The notes below the pieces were generated by a model that did not search any database, was not told the DNA's origin, and saw nothing but the letters and a program-made list of their open reading frames with translations. Both the position numbers and the translations under genes were made by a program. A stretch of DNA of 64,000 nucleotides from Candidatus Bathyarchaeia archaeon (lineage in GTDB: Archaea > Thermoproteota > Bathyarchaeia > Bathyarchaeales > Bathycorpusculaceae), in contig JBEKMQ010000002.1 in the NCBI GenBank assembly GCA_050008435.1, positions 175,929 through 239,928 on the forward strand, given 5' to 3'. Below are positions 61,224 through 64,000 of the stretch, piece after piece (position 1 is the first letter of the stretch; every line of letters starts with the position of its first letter).

Positions 61224-62549
61224 GTGTCAATAATGGCTACGCCCAGAGAAGAGTACGACCATGTTTTTGACCTTCTCCAACAACATCACAAATGGTTCCA
61301 AGAGAGTATCCCGCTAATAGCCAGTGAAAACGTTCCAAGCCCAGCCGTCCGCGAGACTCTCATCACAGATTTTGGGAATCGCTATGCCGAGGGGTGGCCT
61401 GGAGAACGCGTCTACGCCGGTTGCCGTTATATAGACAAAGTGGAGTTCAAATGCATCGATCTGATGAAGCAGCTCTTCAACGCCGAATTCGTGGACGTCA
61501 GGCCAATATCAGGGGTCGTAGCAAACTTGGCGGTATACACAGCGTTCACAGAACCAGGAGACACGTTGCTAGCACTATCCATCCCCTGCGGCGGACACAT
61601 CACTTCTGGAAAGAAGGAGTTCGGAGGAACAGCAGGAGCCGTCAAGGGGCTGATCGTGGAGTATCTGCCGCTAGACTACAAAGAGTTGAACATCGATGTC
61701 GACAAGGCGAAAAGCAAGATTCAAGAACTCGCCGCCAAGGGGAAGCCGCCGAAGTTCATCATGTTCGGCGCAAGCGTTTTTCCATTTCCACACCCTGTAA
61801 AGGAACTTGTTGAAACCATTCACTCGGTGAACGCAACCGTCGGGTATGATGCAGCGCACGTAGCAGGACTGATCGCAGGAGGACAATTCCAAGATCCACT
61901 CAGAGAAGGCGCCGACGTCGTAAGCCTGAGCACGCATAAAACGTTCTTCGGACCCCAACATGGCGGAATACTTTCCTGGGAGAAAAATGCCGAAAGGCTA
62001 AAGAAAGCGACTTTTCCAGGAATGGTCAGCAACCATCACCTTCACGCAGTTGCGGGTCTCACGATCGCATGCGCAGAGATGCTTCAATTCGGAAAAGAAT
62101 ACGCAGCTCAGATCGTGAAGAACGCTAAGGCCTTGGCTCAAGCTCTTTACGAAAGAGGCTTCAACGTCCTAGCAGAACACAAGGGATTCACTCAGTCCCA
62201 CGTCATATTGATAGACATAACAAGGCATGGAGACGGGGGCACGATCGAAGAGACGCTTGAAAAAGCAAACATAATCATAAACAGAAACCTACTGCCATGG
62301 GACATCAAAGAAGGAAGGCATTTCATGCATCCAGGCGGCATAAGAATGGGCGTTTCAGAAGTCACAAGACTGGGAATGAAGGAACCAGAAATGGCTGAGA
62401 TAGCAGAATTCGTCAAACACGTCATAATAGACAAAAAACCAGTAGACAAAGTAAGCACTGACGTCGCAGAGTTCAGGAAAAACTATCAAAAAGTCCAATA
62501 CTGCTTCGAAAACACCACAGAAGCCTACAAATACATAAAAATCCGCTAG
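61224..62549 (+). CDS. glyA: serine hydroxymethyltransferase
   Basis: LIASEN, YAEG.PG.R.Y.GC and STHKTFFGPQHG (PLP lysine) motifs. Confidence 0.95.
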   Translation: MSIMATPREEYDHVFDLLQQHHKWFQESIPLIASENVPSPAVRETLITDFGNRYAEGWPGERVYAGCRYIDKVEFKCIDLMKQLFNAEFVDVRPISGVVANLAVYTAFTEPGDTLLALSIPCGGHITSGKKEFGGTAGAVKGLIVEYLPLDYKELNIDVDKAKSKIQELAAKGKPPKFIMFGASVFPFPHPVKELVETIHSVNATVGYDAAHVAGLIAGGQFQDPLREGADVVSLSTHKTFFGPQHGGILSWEKNAERLKKATFPGMVSNHHLHAVAGLTIACAEMLQFGKEYAAQIVKNAKALAQALYERGFNVLAEHKGFTQSHVILIDITRHGDGGTIEETLEKANIIINRNLLPWDIKEGRHFMHPGGIRMGVSEVTRLGMKEPEMAEIAEFVKHVIIDKKPVDKVSTDVAEFRKNYQKVQYCFENTTEAYKYIKIR

Positions 62550-62891
62550 AAGCACAACAGGATGAAAGCGCTCGGCGTGGCATCAACGCAAGAAAGAAGA
62601 GAAACCGCCTAACCTGCACAGATTACCTTTTGGCGAAACTGAAGGAACATCAATTCGAAACTGAAACCATAAATGCTCATGACCCAGAGATAATACTCTC
62701 AACAAATGCAGCTACGAATATTTCTCCCATAACCTGAAGGACAAAGAAGAGCAGTTCCAACATGCGGGGGCAAAGCCGCAGGTCTTTACCGTACATTCAA
62801 GGAAAGCTTAGCGGGTTTAATACTTAGAGAGTGGAAGAGCAAGCAGCAGAAACCCTAGCCAGAATTCACCCTCTTGAAGTGATGAGAAATC

Positions 62892-63215
62892 ATGCACATA
62901 AATGAGTTTCAGGACATGATGCGCCGATTGTACTTCCATAAAGACTTCGACCGAGGTGTCAAAGGAACTTACGATTGGCTCGTGGACGAGACAAGAGAAC
63001 TCGGTGAAGCCTTAGAAAAAGGCGACAAAAAGCAATTAGAAAGCGAATTTGCGGATGTTATCGCATGGTTAGCCTCCTTGGCAAATGTTGTCAACGTCGA
63101 TCTTCAAAAGGCCACGCTGGACAAGTATGCCAACGTATGCCCAAAATGTAAACGTTCACCCTGCCAATGTCCTTTCAAGAAAGGCCCAAAAGGCGTTTCT
63201 GCCCCGCGCCTGTGA
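62892..63215 (+). CDS. MazG-like nucleotide pyrophosphohydrolase domain protein
   Basis: L.DETRELGEAL......LESEFADVIAWLASLAN pattern, plus a C-terminal CPKC..SPCQC. Confidence 0.65.
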   Translation: MHINEFQDMMRRLYFHKDFDRGVKGTYDWLVDETRELGEALEKGDKKQLESEFADVIAWLASLANVVNVDLQKATLDKYANVCPKCKRSPCQCPFKKGPKGVSAPRL

Positions 63216-63447
63216 TCAGCCACATATACGGCTTGCCGCCCTTCCGTTCAACGATCTTTTCAGCCTCGAGCAGCTTCAGATGGTGCACGACGACGCCATA
63301 GTGCATCCCAGCCTCGTTGGCAATAGACTTGGCATCAATAGAGTGTTTCTCCAGCACACTCAGAATTTGGGTTCGAGCCCTCAGACCGAGTCTAATGTTT
63401 TTTATGAAGGACAAGTATGCGTTCGGATGCCAATTCTCCTTGACCAT
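63175..63447 (-). CDS. ArsR-family winged-helix transcriptional regulator
   Basis: RTQILSVLEKHSIDAKSIANEAGMHYGVVVHHLKLLEAEKIVERK. Confidence 0.75.
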   Translation of the reverse strand: MVKENWHPNAYLSFIKNIRLGLRARTQILSVLEKHSIDAKSIANEAGMHYGVVVHHLKLLEAEKIVERKGGKPYMWLITGAGQKRLLGLS

Positions 63448-63491
63448 TCTAATCCGCTAATCTGTAGTTCAGCTGCATAGAAAAGTCTTGT

Positions 63492-64000
63492 TCAAGCAAA
63501 GTCTGCCAGACTGATCTGCCTCGGCTTCTTACCCTCAAACATGGCGCCAATCTCATCCCTTATCAGCAGTATCCGCTGAGCATAATAATGCGGAAGCTCA
63601 TACTTTTCGATCAATTGCAAGGCGACATCCAAATATTTTTCAATACCGCCCCGATAAACAGTAAGAGTTAATTGTCCGCCGCAGATTGGACACTTGCCGC
63701 GGAGAGGAATACGTCGGTAACGCTTGTTGCAAGTCTTGCACCTGAAAGCCTGGGTGGAGAAAGCTCGAAGGTTCCCCGCTATATCACGTATAAAGTGAGT
63801 GGTCAAGACCTTGAGAGCGACTTTCCTGACATCTACAGCCTCAATTTTCTGACACAAAGCAAGCTGACTATCAAGTTTTTCCACCATCGTCTTCAGCCGT
63901 TTGTATGAGCTTTCAGCATTCCCCATGTTGATGTTGGACACTGGCATCGTAAAATTGAACCCTTCAAACTGCGCCTCCGTCCCAAGACGTGACGCAATCA
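63492..64000 (-). CDS. polC: DNA polymerase II (PolD) large subunit DP2, C-terminal part; gene continues beyond the window
   Basis: FRCKTCNKRYRRIPLRGKCPICGGQLTLTVYRGGIEKYL is the conserved DP2 C-terminal zinc-finger region. The frame is open to position 64000. Confidence 0.75.
   Translation of the reverse strand, partial: IASRLGTEAQFEGFNFTMPVSNINMGNAESSYKRLKTMVEKLDSQLALCQKIEAVDVRKVALKVLTTHFIRDIAGNLRAFSTQAFRCKTCNKRYRRIPLRGKCPICGGQLTLTVYRGGIEKYLDVALQLIEKYELPHYYAQRILLIRDEIGAMFEGKKPRQISLADFA

Overview
This is an archaeal chromosomal segment. The markers are TFS, Rpo11/RpoL, Rpo4/RpoF, Csl4, Dph2, L10e, L21e, Pus10, SRP54, aIF5A, Nob1, Alba, Sec61beta and the C-terminus of the PolD large subunit. 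I cannot resolve the lineage by eye. All calls come from reading the ORF translations and the DNA; no searches or computations were run.

Layout:
- (1) 1-18 kb is an information-processing core: tfs, rpoL-csl4, dph2, ppsA, rpl10e, ksgA, rpoF-rpl21e-pus10-srp54.
- (2) 18.7-30.3 kb holds small accessory enzymes: several GNATs, two Nudix, VOC, HAD, a TrxR-like protein and a mevalonate-pathway GHMP decarboxylase.
- (3) 30.3-47.1 kb is a mosaic island of mostly single small genes: flavodoxin, serpin, radical-SAM-like, YegP, beta-CASP RNase, SDR, PRC-barrel, wHTH, YkgJ, SnoaL-like and many small membrane proteins. It also contains gene fragments (a catalase C-terminal remnant and a frameshifted Hsp20).
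- (4) 47.5-64 kb is core metabolism: NAD kinase, Nob1, M29 aminopeptidase, class III aminotransferase, Alba, F420-type LLM oxidoreductase, a four-subunit 2-oxoacid:ferredoxin oxidoreductase, DUF2070, Sec61beta, glyA and the PolD DP2 C-terminus.

I saw no rRNA, tRNA, CRISPR array, cas gene or intact transposase.

Three findings stand out:
- (a) A family of 11 short palindromic elements has a conserved 13-nt centre (ATAAAACTTTACC) and covarying arms. It is confined to 30.3-45.7 kb and sits at gene boundaries.
- (b) (CG)n-centred palindromes are strongly over-represented; the exact 10-mer AGCGCGCGCT occurs five times. They bracket almost every gene of the same island, and in at least one case one coincides with the breakpoint of a gene fragment.
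- (c) Two tandem pairs of a ~110-nt unit lie in inverted orientation 10 kb apart. Each unit contains a hairpin with a conserved 16-nt loop and compensatory stem changes.
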